A stretch of DNA of 64,000 nucleotides from Eledone cirrhosa (Eukaryota), in assembly GCA_964016885.1 (NCBI GenBank), contig OZ024741.1:135594001-135658000 (forward strand), in the 5' to 3' direction. Made by a program: the position numbers and the translations under genes. Every line of letters begins with the position of its first letter. The first letter of the stretch is position 1. The notes under the pieces were generated by a model that was not told the DNA's origin, did no database searches, and saw nothing but the letters and a program-made list of their open reading frames with translations. Positions 42,773-59,437 of the stretch are shown here, one piece after another.

Positions 42773-42773
42773 A

Positions 42774-42825
<52 letters not shown>

Positions 42826-43009
42826 TAGTAATTGAAATATTTATATTTATATATGTTTGATATAACTATAAATATGTAGGGTAGTACTGAGTGCTAGCCG
42901 GTTACCTGTATGACAGAAGGCTGAATGCAAATTTTCAAGTGTTTTACAGACCCGAGATACACAGTGTTAAAACGTTCAAATTTTACTTTAGAATTGTTTC
43001 TTTTAACTG

Positions 43010-43052
43010 AGAATTGTTTCTTCCAGAGGGAAGTCTGGAATCATCGGAGCAT
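43010..43052 (-). ncRNA. Hammerhead variant with CCGANGA core, 3' side damaged
   Basis: On minus: tgct CCGATGA ttccaga-cttccc-tctggaa GAAA caattc. Confidence 0.55.
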
Positions 43053-43239
43053 AAGGAATGTCGAAACATGTAACTAAAGTCCTAGTCATTTAGAACATTT
43101 AGGGTACATAATTGTTATTAGTGTCAAAGGCATCATGTGCTTGAACGAACGCAATTACAGGCAGCACTGGTTGGAAGTGTAATAGGTATAAGTAAAAAGC
43201 ACGAGCAAAAAAATCACAAGCTAAAAAACAGGCAAAAAA

Positions 43240-44950
43240 TGTCTTAATTAGGTAGTTCCTATGTAATGGGCATGTCTTGTTAGGCCTACAATTACAATTG
43301 TTTTGGTAACTAGTATACTGGTTAAGGGGGTATGCATTTGAGTGGTTGTTTCTGTTTCTACTTCTAGTATTATGATTATGGTGAGTACTATTATTATTGG
43401 TATTAATAGTGTGATTTGCTGTATGGTCTTGTATTGTGTTATTGTTCAGGTTATTTCCATGCTGGACATTATTACTTTGGGGTAATTTGAAGTAGTTTCT
43501 AATATGTCTCTTGTTCGTGCTGGCTATATGGTCTGCTATTTTAGGTGTGGTGGAGTAGAATATTTTAATTGTGTTTTTGTTAAATAGGTTGTGGTATTTA
43601 TGGTTAGTTGGGAAGTTTTTGTCTAGAGTAGAGAAGAAAGCTTTGGATATGTTTGTTGAAACATTTAAGTTGAACGGAGGGTTAAGAAGTGTGCTACTTC
43701 TTCTTCTATTCTTCTTATGGTTGTTATTCATACTACTGTTTAGTGTGGTGTTAGGTTCCTTCTTATCTATATTTTTTCTGTGGTGTTTCTTAGGATTGTT
43801 GCTGTGGTGTGATTTAACTTTTTTATGTTGCCCTTTGTATAGCAGTCAGGATTTTCAATACTATGATAATATTTACTTTTATTCATGGCCATGTTGTGTG
43901 AAATTATATTAGGTTGTCTATGGGTGGTTGACGATTTAGGTTTAAATTTAATTTATCTCTATGACCGGAACGGGCTCAGGCTTCATTATAGTATTGGGAG
44001 TTACGATTAAATGTATTCTCGTTGTAAGAAAGGCTAGAGATTCTATTAGATACCCCTTTAATGATTGAGGTCAGTACAGATTTAGGGTGGGTAGAGTTGG
44101 TATCAACATAGAAAAGTTTTTCATTAGGTTTATGATAAGGTGTGTATTCTTTAGAGTCTAAGTAGAGAGTGACGTCAAGGAAGTTAACATATTTGTTGTT
44201 TTTATCTAAAGTGATACCTAAGTTATAGTTTTTAAATATTTTATGTAATTGTTTTCTAGTTCTTTCTATATTGACCTTTTTATAGTCTAAGAGGAAAAGC
44301 GCGTCGTCTCGGTAGAGGCCACCGTTGAGGTAAGGTAGGTTCTTGTGTATTTCGTTTAAGAGAAATAGACCGACTAAGTCGGTTACCTGTGCAGAGTCAC
44401 TAGATCCCATGGTGATATGGAAGTTGTTGGGTGTATTCCTGCGGGTCCATAGTTGGTCTTCAAATTTAATTATTGTTTTCCTGGCCGCAAGGAATATATC
44501 TACCTGGGATCTAGTGAGTTCACTATTGTTCATGGCCATTATTAATGCTTTATTTAGGAGGATAGGTAAAATAGAGGTGTAGTAGGAGTTTATATCAAAT
44601 TGGATGAATTTCTTCTACTTATTTCATTAATACCATTAAACCATTCGATTACTTCACTAGTGTTTCCCCAGAGGTTAAAATGAATTTTTTGTTTAATTTG
44701 GGGGATTATTTTATCTAAAATGTTTTTACTAATAATACCAATGTCGGATCTGGATGGGCAAATAAGTCTAATTGAGGGGTTAGTATTGAAGTCATCCTTA
44801 TGGTCTTTCACAGAGAATCGTGGGGGATTAGGGGTGTACGGCTGAGTATATCTCTCTAGTCCTATTTTACATATTAAACTACGGGCTTCAATATTTATGT
44901 CATCCAGGTTTTTATGAGATGTTTTTTTGTAGTTTCTATAAAGTTCTTTA
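43240..44950 (-). pseudogene. Diverged Naiad-type PLE RT, fragmented
   Basis: KDHKDDFNTNPSIRLICPSRSDIG, FHITMGSSDSAQVTDLVG, LYRDDAL, NFLDVTL, NPPFN, CNCRPNKTCPL. Contains frameshifts and breaks off before the GIY-YIG core. Confidence 0.9.
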
Positions 44951-45159
44951 TATATACATATGTTACTCTAAAAGATATAAGTACAACCATATTACATGGA
45001 CAGTCGGTCCCTGATGATTTCTCCCGAATGAAAGAGTTCTATATATACACACACACACGCACACACACACACACATGCACGCACACGCACACACACACAC
45101 ACACACACACTCACACACACATAAACACACACACACACACACACACGCACACACACCCG

Positions 45160-45280
<121 letters not shown>

Positions 45281-45281
45281 G

Positions 45282-45326
<45 letters not shown>

Positions 45327-45337
45327 ACACACTCGCA

Positions 45338-45398
<61 letters not shown>

Positions 45399-45788
45399 AC
45401 ACACACACACACACATACACACACACACACACACGCACACATATATATATATATAGCATGAAATGAATTAAATGGCAGAGAAAGGACATTTTTGAATACA
45501 TATATTTACTGGCTCATTTGTCCACATATTAATAGTGTATATATGCAAAAATCCGTTACGCTGTCGGGGTAATGGCGGTTAGAGAGGCTGATGGAAGTAT
45601 TCAAATATGACCAGACGTGCGATTGCCAAAGGGGGATAATTAGTAACCATGGGAGATAATGTAGAGCTAAATGTTAACTAAATATAATTAAAAAAAATTT
45701 ATATTAAGTTAAGAGGGGTAAAAAACTAAATATTACATTAGAAATAAAAGATGCAAATGATAAGGTATAAGAAATATATTACTGGATG

Positions 45789-45990
45789 GCAGTTCTTCTG
45801 CTTTTCAAAAGTAGAGTTGAGATGGAAGGTCTGTGGTTTTTCTCACTTCTGAGAAAAACCACAGACCCTCCATCTCAACACTATTTTTGAAAATCAGAAG
45901 ACCTGCTAAACCGGTAAAGGAACCAAATAAATATATATATTTTTTAAAAAATAAGACTCCAGTTGCATTTTCGATTTCATCTTTATTCTA
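45789..45990. mobile_element. Fold-back copy of the 25041 family
   Basis: Same sequence, inverted around about 45848. Confidence 0.8.
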
Positions 45991-45997
45991 TATATAT

Positions 45998-48161
<2,164 letters not shown>

Positions 48162-48192
48162 TATATACGTATATATATATATATATATATAC

Positions 48193-48266
<74 letters not shown>

Positions 48267-48304
48267 GTATATATATACGTATATATATATATACATATAT
48301 ATAC

Positions 48305-48371
<67 letters not shown>

Positions 48372-48904
48372 TAAGAATGGAAACAGCACGGAAATATATT
48401 TAAAGAATCTATTTCTCCTTTTGTCTTCTTTGATCTGTCAAATGACATTATTGAAAAAAGAAGAACAATATTTTTATAAAAGGAGTTTTATAAAGTATAT
48501 AAAATATAACCGGTTTCGATGTAATACATTTTATCGAATATTAAACATTACAATTACAATTTAAAATTTAAAAATTAAGTGTTGAAAATGTCTCTTCATA
48601 ATTCGTGATGGGAGGAAAATTGTGTCTTCGAAAAAGAGCCTATTATACATATAATGGTAGTAGTAGTACTAATCGTGTCTTTTCACAAAACAAAAGCGCT
48701 TTAGGGAGAGGAATATTTTTATGTATATGTGTGTGTATCTTAATTGTGTTAAAGAACTGGTCTAGAGTGCAGTTGGGGGTGGCGAAGAGGGAAATGTAAG
48801 CTAGGGACAATTGCTTTAGGTTCAGCTATAACGTGCGGTAAGGGAGGGGGGGGGGGATATAGGATTCAAAGAAATTCTATGTCAGGAATATGTTTTGAGA
48901 GGAC

Positions 48905-48949
<45 letters not shown>

Positions 48950-48951
<2 letters not shown>

Positions 48952-49283
48952 ATAATATTAATAAATGGAAAATATCTTTATAAAACCATATTTATTATTT
49001 TATACGTATTTCAAGGGTACTAATATTTTAGTACGCTTTCATCATATAAAATACAATAATTGGTGTAAAGATAGTGACATATTAGTGATATGAAGATATG
49101 TCACTATCTTTACATTAATTATTGTATTTTATCTGACGAAAGCGTACTAAAATATTTGTACCCTTGAAATACGTATAATAAAATGAATATGGTTTTATAT
49201 AGATATTTTATAAAGATATATACTCCGGAAAAATATGTTGTAAATTAACTTTGTTGAATAATCAACAAACCAAATAACTCATT

Positions 49284-49290
<7 letters not shown>
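48950..49290. mobile_element. Fold-back HHR element
   Basis: Inverted arms around about 49090. HHR on + at 49126-49184: attttat CTGACGA aagcgtac...gtaccctt GAAA tacgta TA ataaaat. Confidence 0.8.
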
Positions 49291-49344
<54 letters not shown>

Positions 49345-49346
<2 letters not shown>

Positions 49347-49549
49347 CGAGTAGGACCCCGACGGCTGAGCTCAAGCCGTTTCGACGGCTAATTCTGGACT
49401 AAAAAGAATTAGTCCTGAATTAGCCGTCGAAACGGCTTGAGCTCAGCCATCGGGGTCCTACTCGTTCCTATTACCCACTCTACTACCCTAAGTATTGAGT
49501 ACTTTTGTGCGTTATGATCCATCTGGTTCCTTACCACATTTCCTTCGTT
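49345..49549. mobile_element. Fold-back 3' end of the 60149-61787 family
   Basis: Mirror image of 6384-6577. Confidence 0.8.
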
Positions 49550-49569
49550 ATATATATATATATATATAT

Positions 49570-52500
49570 AATGTAGGAGGTGAGTTTTATTGTAGTACAA
49601 TAAAGCAATGCAGATATCGGATAAGAAGCACTCTACAGTTTGTAGGACTGGAGTATACATAATATATAAGATCAAAAGATGGTTAAAGGAGTTCCATGTA
49701 TTTTATTATGCGCATTTCAAAAACAAACATCATCATGCAATAATATTTGTGTTTTCATCAGATAAAACAGGAGGACATGATATGAAGGCTAAAAAACACT
49801 TGTGGATAGTGCAGTTTTAAATCAACATATGAAAAGTAGTTTTAGATTGATGTGTGATATTGGGAAAAATATTTTATTTAGAGAGGGGGGGGGGTGTGAA
49901 AAAATGGGAGGAGATGAGAGTGAAGGTGGAGAGGGTGATAGAGAGAAAGAGATAGTTTTTATAACTGAGAGAAGATATATTGTTTTACATAGAGAGGTTG
50001 AAAACCGTTGGAAGATAATGTATAAATTAAAAGAATTTGAAAATTAACCAAGGGAAAAATATGTACGAGGAAAAAATATTTTATTTAGAGAGGGGGGTGG
50101 AAAGGATGAAAGAAGGGGAGGAGATGAGAGTGAAGGTGGAGAGGGAGAGATGGGTGATAGAGATAAAGAGATAGTTTTTATAACTGAGAAAAGATATATT
50201 GTTTTACATAGAGAGGTTGAAAACCGTTGGAAGATAATGTATAAATTAAAAGAATTTGAAAATTAACGAAGGGAAAAATATGTACGAGGAAAGAGAGGGA
50301 GTTGATATGTATTGAGATTAAAAAGTTTGAAGATAGAGAGAAAAAATAATAATTGCGGATGAATATTCTAACGTCAAAAAAGGTGTATGTTTATAAGTAT
50401 TATGGCAATTTCAAAATTAACGAAGAGAAAAAAAATTATTAAGGTTTGTGTATGAAGGATTTGAGAAAAAATAATGTGAAGTTAAGGTTTGTATATTGAA
50501 GGAATTGATAATATGTGCGAAGAAAGAGTTAATATGTATTAAAAAATTATTAAGGTTTGTGTATTGAAGGATTTGAGAAAAATAATGTGAAGTTAAGGTT
50601 TGTATATTGAGGGAATTGATAATATGTGCGAAGAAAGAGTTAATATGTATTAAGAATGAGTTAGATGATGGGGAGAAAAAAAAAAAATTAAGGATGAATA
50701 TTCTAGCGTCAAAAGAATGTGTACGAAGAAGGAGAGGGAGTTAATGTATTGAGATTAAAAAGTTTGATGATGGAGAGAAAAAAATAATAATAATTGCGGA
50801 TGAATATTCTAACGTCAAAAAAATTTGTGTGTGATTTTACAAGTATTATGGAAATTTGGAAATTAACGAAGAGAAAAATTATTAAGGTTTGTGTATTGAA
50901 GGATTTGGGAAAAATAATGTGAAGTTAAGGTTTGTATATTGAAGGAATTGATAATATGTGCGAAGAAAGAGTTAATATGTATTAAAAAATTATTAATGTT
51001 TGTGTATTGAAGGATTTGAGAAAAATAATGTGAAGTTAAGGTTTGTATATTGAGGGAATTGATAATATGTGCGAAGAAAGAGTTAATATGTATTAAGAAT
51101 GAGTTAGATGATGGGGAGAAAAAAATAATAAATTAAGGATGAATAAACTAACGTCAAAAAAACAAATGTATATGTTATGAAGGATTTTACAAGGTGAAGA
51201 TAGAATGAGGGTAATGAGTAAACAAGTATTATAGAGTGTATAGTACCCTTTGAAGTAAGGTAGGAAGATGGGTATATTTTAAAGAGGTGTATGTATATGT
51301 GCCTTTGAGAAAAGATTCTAAATTGATAAAGAATTGAATATTAGCTGTATACTTTGTGAAAAGTCCTATGGAATTTATGCAAGCAGATAGAAAACAAATC
51401 TGTACGTCTATTTATTATAGAATCTAGATTAGAGATAATGGTAAATTTTTCATTTAGGCAGAGATTACAGATTTTAGATAGAGAGCTGTTCATGTATGAG
51501 GACGCAGAAGAAACCTTCTTCCAAAAGATGGTATATTTAATGTTTTTGTCTTTCAAGGACCATATGAGTTCTGAGAGAGCCGTGTTGGTTCTTTTAAGTT
51601 TGTATTTAAAAGATGAATGATGATTATAGAGACGAGCTTTAAAAGAGGTGGAAGTGGAGCCAAAATAGGTGAAGGAATTGGTGCTAGTTATAACTTTACA
51701 TTCATAAATTAAGTTTTTATCAAGACAATGGTTGTTGAGAGGACATTTATTTTTAATGCGGCAGTTGCAATTAGAGAGATTATTAATGAGTGACCTAGTG
51801 TTATCTATAGAAGGAATTGGATTGGAGAAGTTGTTTGCGATAGGAATAATAGGAATAATAGTTTCTTGATTTAGAGTTGGATTATGAACATTTAGCGAAG
51901 TTGTGTTTGACGTTGTATTTGGGTTTACAGAAGTTAGCCTAGGGTTTACAATGACGTCGGGAGTACTATTACTGTTATTATGAAATTCAATGTTGGAAGG
52001 AAGAGATTTAGTATTTAGTATTTTATTGTTGTGTTTAGAGATAATGTTGGAAATATTGGAGGATGTAGAATAAGAAAATTGTATGGTGTGTTTGTTAAAT
52101 ATTTTACTATAGATATGTGAGGGAGGGAAGCATTTATTTAAGGCACTAAAAAATAATTTAGGAATATTGTTATTAATAGAGATGGAGAAAGGAGCATTAT
52201 ACCAGATTATGTTTTTGTATCTAGGTCTTTTATTAAAGTTATTGGAATGATCATGATTAATTATTCTACTGTAAGTTTTTCTAGAATTTGTTTCTTTACT
52301 ATATTTGATTTTATCAGGATAACCGGCTTTAGAAAGTGCGTTATTATAGTAATTGGCGTTAGCATCAAAGATGTTTTTATTAGAAGATATGTTAGATATT
52401 CTTTTTCCAATATTACTAACTATAGCATTCTTGATATTGGTATGATATTGGTAATTTAGGTTCTCATTGTTTTTATGGTAAGGGTAATATAGGCCAGTGT

Positions 52501-53732
52501 CAAGATTAAGAGATACATCCAAGAAATTAGCTAGTTTGATACTATTATCAAATTCAATTTTTAGGTTATGTTGATTAAAGAGATTACGTATATTGTTCTT
52601 AATAATATTAAGGTTAAGTATATTGCAATTTAAGATAGTAAAGAGTCCATCGTCACGATAAATTCCACCACGAAGTTGAAGAATTTTCCGACTCAAAGAG
52701 TTCAAAATAAAGATACCAATTAAATCAGTCAATTGCGATGAATCGGATGCTCCCATTGTGATGTCGAAGATGTTAGAGGTATCGGCTCTGGTCCAATATT
52801 CGTTGTTGAACTCTAGGATGGTTTTACGTGCGGTGAGGTTGATGTGAAGTTCATCTGTGGTGATGTCAGAATATTTAAGTGCGAAAGATAGAGCATTATT
52901 GAGAAGTGAAGGCGAAATGGAAGAATAGTAGCTGGCAATATCAAATTGAATAAATTTTAGTTTGTTTTTATTATCCAATTTGTTGAACCAGCCAATCACT
53001 TCAGAAGTACCAAACCATAAATTTAGGTTCAAAATTCATCCGCAATTATTATTTTTTCTCTCTATCTTCAAACTTTTTAATCTCAATACATATCAACTCC
53101 CTCTCTTTCCTCGTACATATTTTTCCCTTCGTTAATTTTCAAATTCTTTTAATTTATACATTATCTTCCAACGGTTTTCAACCTCTCTATGTAAAACAAT
53201 ATATCTTTTCTCAGTTATAAAAACTATCTCTTTCTCTCTATCACCCATCTCTCCCTCTCCACCTTCACTCTCATCTCCTCGCCTTCTTTCATCCTTTCCA
53301 CCCCCCCCCCTCTCTAAATAAAATATTTTTTCCTCGTACATATTTTTCCCTTCGTTAATTTTCAAATTCTTTTAATGTATACATTATCTTCCAACGGTTT
53401 TCAACCTCTCTATGTAAAACAATATATCTTCTCTCAGTTATGAAACTATCTCTTTCTCTCTATCACCCTCTCCACCTTCACTCTCATCTCCTCCCCTTAT
53501 TTCATCCCCCCCCCTCTCTAAATAAAATATTTTTCCCAATATCACACATCAATCTAAAACTACTTTTCATATGTTGATTTAAAACTGCACTATCCACAAG
53601 TGTTTTTTAGCCTTCATATCATGTCCTCCTGTTTTATCTGATGAAAACACAAATATTATTGCATGATGATGTTTGTTTTTGAAATGCGCATAATAAAATA
53701 CATGGAACTCCTTTAACCATCTTTTGATCTTA

Positions 53733-53735
<3 letters not shown>
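49570..53735 (-). mobile_element. Naiad-type Penelope-like element with a 700-bp inverted terminal copy (copy 2)
   Basis: Near-identical to 15601-18560 on the opposite strand, with an expanded 3' UTR. 53033-53735 is an inverted copy of the 3' UTR end. Confidence 0.92.
51341..53032 (-). CDS. PLE reverse transcriptase plus GIY-YIG endonuclease (N-terminally truncated, 563 aa open)
   Basis: Same motifs as 15738-17426, with a small in-frame lesion (YVNFKSNHPTN to YQYHTN). No native start codon. Confidence 0.92.
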   Translation of the reverse strand: MNLNLWFGTSEVIGWFNKLDNKNKLKFIQFDIASYYSSISPSLLNNALSFALKYSDITTDELHINLTARKTILEFNNEYWTRADTSNIFDITMGASDSSQLTDLIGIFILNSLSRKILQLRGGIYRDDGLFTILNCNILNLNIIKNNIRNLFNQHNLKIEFDNSIKLANFLDVSLNLDTGLYYPYHKNNENLNYQYHTNIKNAIVSNIGKRISNISSNKNIFDANANYYNNALSKAGYPDKIKYSKETNSRKTYSRIINHDHSNNFNKRPRYKNIIWYNAPFSISINNNIPKLFFSALNKCFPPSHIYSKIFNKHTIQFSYSTSSNISNIISKHNNKILNTKSLPSNIEFHNNSNSTPDVIVNPRLTSVNPNTTSNTTSLNVHNPTLNQETIIPIIPIANNFSNPIPSIDNTRSLINNLSNCNCRIKNKCPLNNHCLDKNLIYECKVITSTNSFTYFGSTSTSFKARLYNHHSSFKYKLKRTNTALSELIWSLKDKNIKYTIFWKKVSSASSYMNSSLSKICNLCLNEKFTIISNLDSIINRRTDLFSICLHKFHRTFHKVYS

Positions 53736-53804
<69 letters not shown>

Positions 53805-53899
53805 ACTATAAAGTTCAGTTACTGTAGCAGCTCGAACCTTCAGCTGATCAATAACGAAACGCGCGTCACTACTCAATAAACGTAATAAAGACATAACAT

Positions 53900-54815
53900 A
53901 TCCTCCTTATTATTGTTCTTTGAGTCTCAGTCATTGGTGTTATTTAACTGGAAAGTTTTTTGAAATGAATATCAAGCCGCTACCTGCAGCATCAGAAATC
54001 CAGGACGTATCGGAGGGTACTTGCTGTTCTCAGCAAGCATGCCTCTTGAAATGTTCCAAAAAGGGGTCTGGACTAACCTTCTTTAACCATCCTTGGAAAC
54101 TCTTTGAGATAGTACATATTGCGCCTATGACAATCAGGCGACCTTGATTTCATGGCAGTTCCAAATCCTTTTTAACTCCCTCTTTAAATCCTGGTATCAG
54201 TTAATTTTCTCCCTCTCCTTTTCTCGCACTCTTGTGTCAAATGGGCAGGCTACTTCTACAATCAGGCACTATCTTTTTCCTTGTCCAAAACCACCAGGTC
54301 AGGCCTATTGTGTTCTCATTTCTTGTCCGTCTGCATCCTAAAATCCCATAGCACCTTCACCTGATCGTTTTCTATCACCGACTCTGGCTTATGCTCATAC
54401 CACTTCTCAGAATGTGGTAAATTGTTTATTTTGCATAGAGACCAGTGGATCACCCTGCCTAACTCATCATGTCTCCAGCCTTTATAGTGAGTCCGGGCTA
54501 GGTGTTTACACTCGGATACAATGTCAGTCATAGTCTCGTCTCTCTCTCCACAGAACCGACACAGTGCGCTAGCCTCCTCCCTGTCAATATGGTGTTTCAC
54601 CCACTTCGTTGTGAGGGCTTTCTCTTGCGCAGCCATTAGCATTCCTTCTGTAGCTTTTTTAAGGTCTCCACTTTTTAAACAGTTCCATGCCTGTGGATCT
54701 CTAAATTCCGTTTTCTTAAAGAAGGTGCTATGAAGGGTTTTTTCATGAAGGTTGCTCTTCCTCCTTGTTGTTATTTCCTCCTTCGACATCACCTGGTCTA
54801 GTGAGCCAATACTCA
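53900..54815 (-). mobile_element. R4/Dong-clade non-LTR retrotransposon, 3' fragment
   Basis: TEGMLMAAQEKAL, CRFC...ETMTDIVSEC zinc knuckle, WRHD, VLWDF and restriction-like endonuclease remnants; frameshifted. Confidence 0.85.
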
Positions 54816-54842
54816 AAATTATACTGAAGGAGAAGACAATAG

Positions 54843-55327
54843 ACCTTAAAAAAGCTACATAAGGAATGCTAATGGCTGCTCAAAAGAAAGCCCTCAGAAC
54901 GAAGTGGGTGAAACACCATATTGACAAAGAGGAGGCTAGCTCACTGTGTAGGATCTGTGGAGAGAGAGAGAGAGGAGACTGTGGCTCACATTGTATCCGA
55001 GTGTAAACACCTAGCCCAGACTCACTATAAAGGCTGGAGACATGATGTGTTAGGCAGGGTGATCCAATGGTCTCTATGCAAAGTAAACAATATACCATAT
55101 TCTGAGAAGTGGTATGAGCATAAGCCAGAGTCGGTGATAAAAACCGATCAGGTGAAGGTGCTATGGGATTTTAGGATACAGACGGACAAGAAATTACAAC
55201 AGAATAGGCCTGACCTGGTGGTTTTGGATAAGGAAAATAGATCGTGCCTGATTGTAGATGTAACCTGCCCATTTGACACAAGAGTGCGTGAAAAGGAGAG
55301 GGAGAAAATTAACCGATACCACGATTT
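54843..55327 (+). mobile_element. R4/Dong-clade 3' fragment, inverted relative to its neighbour
   Basis: ETVAHIVSEC, WRHD, LWDFRIQTD, NRPDLVVLD...IVDVTCPFD...EKINRY (PD..D endonuclease). Confidence 0.88.
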
Positions 55328-55403
55328 ATTGTTGTTGTTATTATTATATATATATATATATGTATGTATATATATATATATATCATAAAATATATATATA
55401 TAT

Positions 55404-55496
<93 letters not shown>

Positions 55497-55607
55497 TTGA
55501 AAATAAACGAACAAAACAAGGGAGGCAATTCTAAACAGTTATATCAGGTGTACGTTTGGTTGGAGTGGAGGAGGTTTCAACGTTTCGGATATAAGTTGTT
55601 CACAATA

Positions 55608-55828
<221 letters not shown>

Positions 55829-55979
55829 CAGTTCAAGTGTAACCAATCTTAAAGAGAGAGATGGAGATAAGGTAAGAGAATGGAGATTGGTGACAATGAT
55901 CGTGTCTCGAGCTCTCCGCCGGCGAAACAATTGTAACACACAATAAATTGACTTCAGATGCATCATTGATTTTTCGTTT

Positions 55980-56096
<117 letters not shown>

Positions 56097-56141
56097 GGGG
56101 AGAGGGATATATATATATATATATAGTTTTAATATAGATGA

Positions 56142-56190
56142 GATTCTACAGGACAAGAACTGTTTCATTCATTAGGAATCATCAGGAATC
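56142..56190 (-). ncRNA. Type I hammerhead ribozyme with a true stem III
   Basis: On minus: gattc CTGATGA ttc-ctaat-gaat GAAA cag-ttcttgtc-ctg TA gaatc. Confidence 0.85.
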
Positions 56191-56208
56191 TGGGTATCAA
56201 AAAATAAA

Positions 56209-56408
56209 NNNNNNNNNNNNNNNNNNNNNNNNNNNNNNNNNNNNNNNNNNNNNNNNNNNNNNNNNNNNNNNNNNNNNNNNNNNNNNNNNNNNNNNNNNNN
56301 NNNNNNNNNNNNNNNNNNNNNNNNNNNNNNNNNNNNNNNNNNNNNNNNNNNNNNNNNNNNNNNNNNNNNNNNNNNNNNNNNNNNNNNNNNNNNNNNNNNN
56401 NNNNNNNN
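56209..56408. other. Assembly gap (200 N)
   Basis: Run of N. Confidence 1.
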
Positions 56409-56659
56409 GAAAGATGATGATGTTACATAATTCGTTTACTCCTTAAATCATAAATCGTTTATTAAACGGTTCTCCCATGCAATCAAGGTGTAATTCATGC
56501 ATTGGTTGTTGTTATGAGAACGGTATCCTTAGATGAAAAACGATATTGTGATATGCCGCCGGCAGGAAACTCACACCCCTTTACTCGTGCGCCCGGCAAA
56601 CATATGAATTCGTAAAAGAGTCTCCCACCTGTCGTGTTTTCTGCAATAAAGTGTTAAAT

Positions 56660-57210
56660 ATAGATATATTTACATGTATGTAAAGTTTGTAAATCGAATA
56701 TTATATATGTTTGTGAATAAACATTTGAAATCCTTTAGCTATGAATTTTAAAGATGATGACTGACATCATCTACCTTTTTCCAGCAGAAGCAAGGGGAAG
56801 CAACTGACAGCTGGGTTTGGCTGTGGGGACGTCGTCAAGCTTACGCACACCTTTGTCGCCTCATACTGGATCTCAAATAAGCTTCAAACATAGTTTTAAT
56901 GTTTATGTATATGGGCTGATTAACCTGATTTGTACACGAAGCTTTAGACTCGTTCAGCCTGAACAATAAATATAATTAAGATGTTCGCTCCAGCATTTGA
57001 GTTCCAGTACGAAGCAAGGAAAGGAGCGTAACCTTGACAATGGTTACACAGTCAGAAACAGCTGTTTGTTGTTTCCCCTTGCTTCTGCTCGAACAAGGTG
57101 TGACGTCAGTTATCACCTTTAAAATTCCTAACTAAAGGCTTCCAAATTTTTGTTCGGAAACATATAGTATATTACTTGATATACAAACTAACTTTACTTA
57201 CATGTATGTA
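56660..57210. repeat. Old diverged inverted repeat (MITE or fold-back)
   Basis: tttaaagatgatgactgac...agcagaagcaagggga (about 56747-56830) matches tccccttgcttctgct...gtcagttatcacctttaaa (about 57045-57125). Confidence 0.65.
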
Positions 57211-59143
57211 CACAGCTATTTTGGGACGAACATCCTAATTCTCTATATATGTATATGTAGGTAAGGGAAAAATTATTCGCTCTTTCACCATAACATATCT
57301 TTAAGTTTGTCGCACTGCCTTCCGCTCTTGCTTGCTTATATATAGGTTGTACTACTGGGGTCACATGATAGAAGTTTCAGCTTGATCGCGCTTGTTGCGT
57401 TGCTGTTGTTACAGCAAATGTTGTTCATACAAATGAAACAGTTCTAATCCCGTAGAAGTCATTTCTATATATATAATAATGATGCCTATAGTCTACCAAC
57501 GTATTCAGTTCCTTTCTTGATTGTGGTAAGCACACAGACACCTTTTTTTCTCTTTCTCGCATTCTCTCCCTTTACTCAGGAGGAAATCAACTGTGTTCAT
57601 AACTAGAGAGGACGAGTTTTATTCTATCTTTCTTTAACACCTTGTCTCTCTTTCTGTCTTTTCATTACCCCCCCCCTCCCCCCCTCCGTCTTTTCCTGGA
57701 AGAACCCGACTAAATTTAGATCTGGAGACGGATGCGCACAACCAGTTTTAAATGTCCAAGAAGGCGCCGCTACGATTTCAGTAGGAGTTAATAGATTGCA
57801 TTGAAATATTCAGTGATAATCTAAATTAATTTATAATTTTAACGACTCTTTAGACGCGATGAAATCTTCGAATTCTGATCCCTTAAGTATCTTTATTCAT
57901 TTGTCCTTAGTTCACGAGACTTTGCCGCCATTAAAATACACCAGGAGGAAAATTAACAAGAGGTTATTGACAGCAATAAGTCAACAGTTGATTCTAAATA
58001 TCCAGTCTTTAGTAATTCCGATATATATATATACATATACGTTTATTGCGTCATAAACCGCACCTCAGGTATCTATATAAACACACATATGAGATATCAT
58101 ATATTTCATTGGTTTCATTATCACCAGAGCTAACACTTGTTCCTTTTCAGGTGCAGATATTAGTTTCTGGAGTGTGAATGCAGAATATTTCTCTCACACA
58201 AAATATGCGATAACTATGGAGTTTATCGATTATTTTTTCTTTAACAAATGCAAATAATCTCTAGTTTATAAGATGTAATAAAGTAAATGTATTTTTCTAA
58301 TATCGATATATAGAATTTATTCATAATCATATGTTAGTTCATATTTTATTCACTTTCTTTGTTTGTACTCAACACCCTGTTTATGAAGCATTTTCATGTT
58401 TACTGTAGCATATATATCTTTCTCCACGCTGCCATTCAAAACTGACTGGTTTTGGTTTTTATACTCTCGGAAAGAGATATATCTTCTGATAAACTGATCC
58501 GAATTGTTATCTATTTGTTGATATTGTTGTTGAAGTTATTGTTAAAGTTGTTGTTGCTTTTTTTGACATTTTTGTTGCTTTTATTTTATTGATTTAGAAA
58601 CTTTGCTTCATAATATTCCACCGTATGAATTCCAATAGTCAACTGATCAAACATAACACGAATTAAAGTGGTGTCAATGCGTCCGAGTTTAGTAATTATG
58701 TATATTAATTTACATGGCCACTCTGTGTATGTGGCATAAAACGTTCATGGTGGAGTCACTGCCTTCCACACTTCAGTTACGCCCACTTGTCGTCCGCATT
58801 TACTCACCATATCATTATCTCGTTTCGCCTATCTATAGTTATTTATAACATTCTCCCCTTTACATGACCGGTGCAACCAATAGGACCAACTAGGTAGCTG
58901 CATAACACGTAGAGCTCAGAGAGGCACATTACTGAAACATAATGGTTTACATTTTTATCCAGATTGGTATAACGCAAATAAATACTCTCTATATCTCTCT
59001 CTAATATGCACATACATACATATATACATGCACACACACAAACACGCCCCCCACACACATATACACACACATACACACACACACACACATATATGCAACT
59101 GGTGCATGTGTTTCTAATTGGCAACATGATCCTCCCAAAGTAT

Positions 59144-59437
<294 letters not shown>

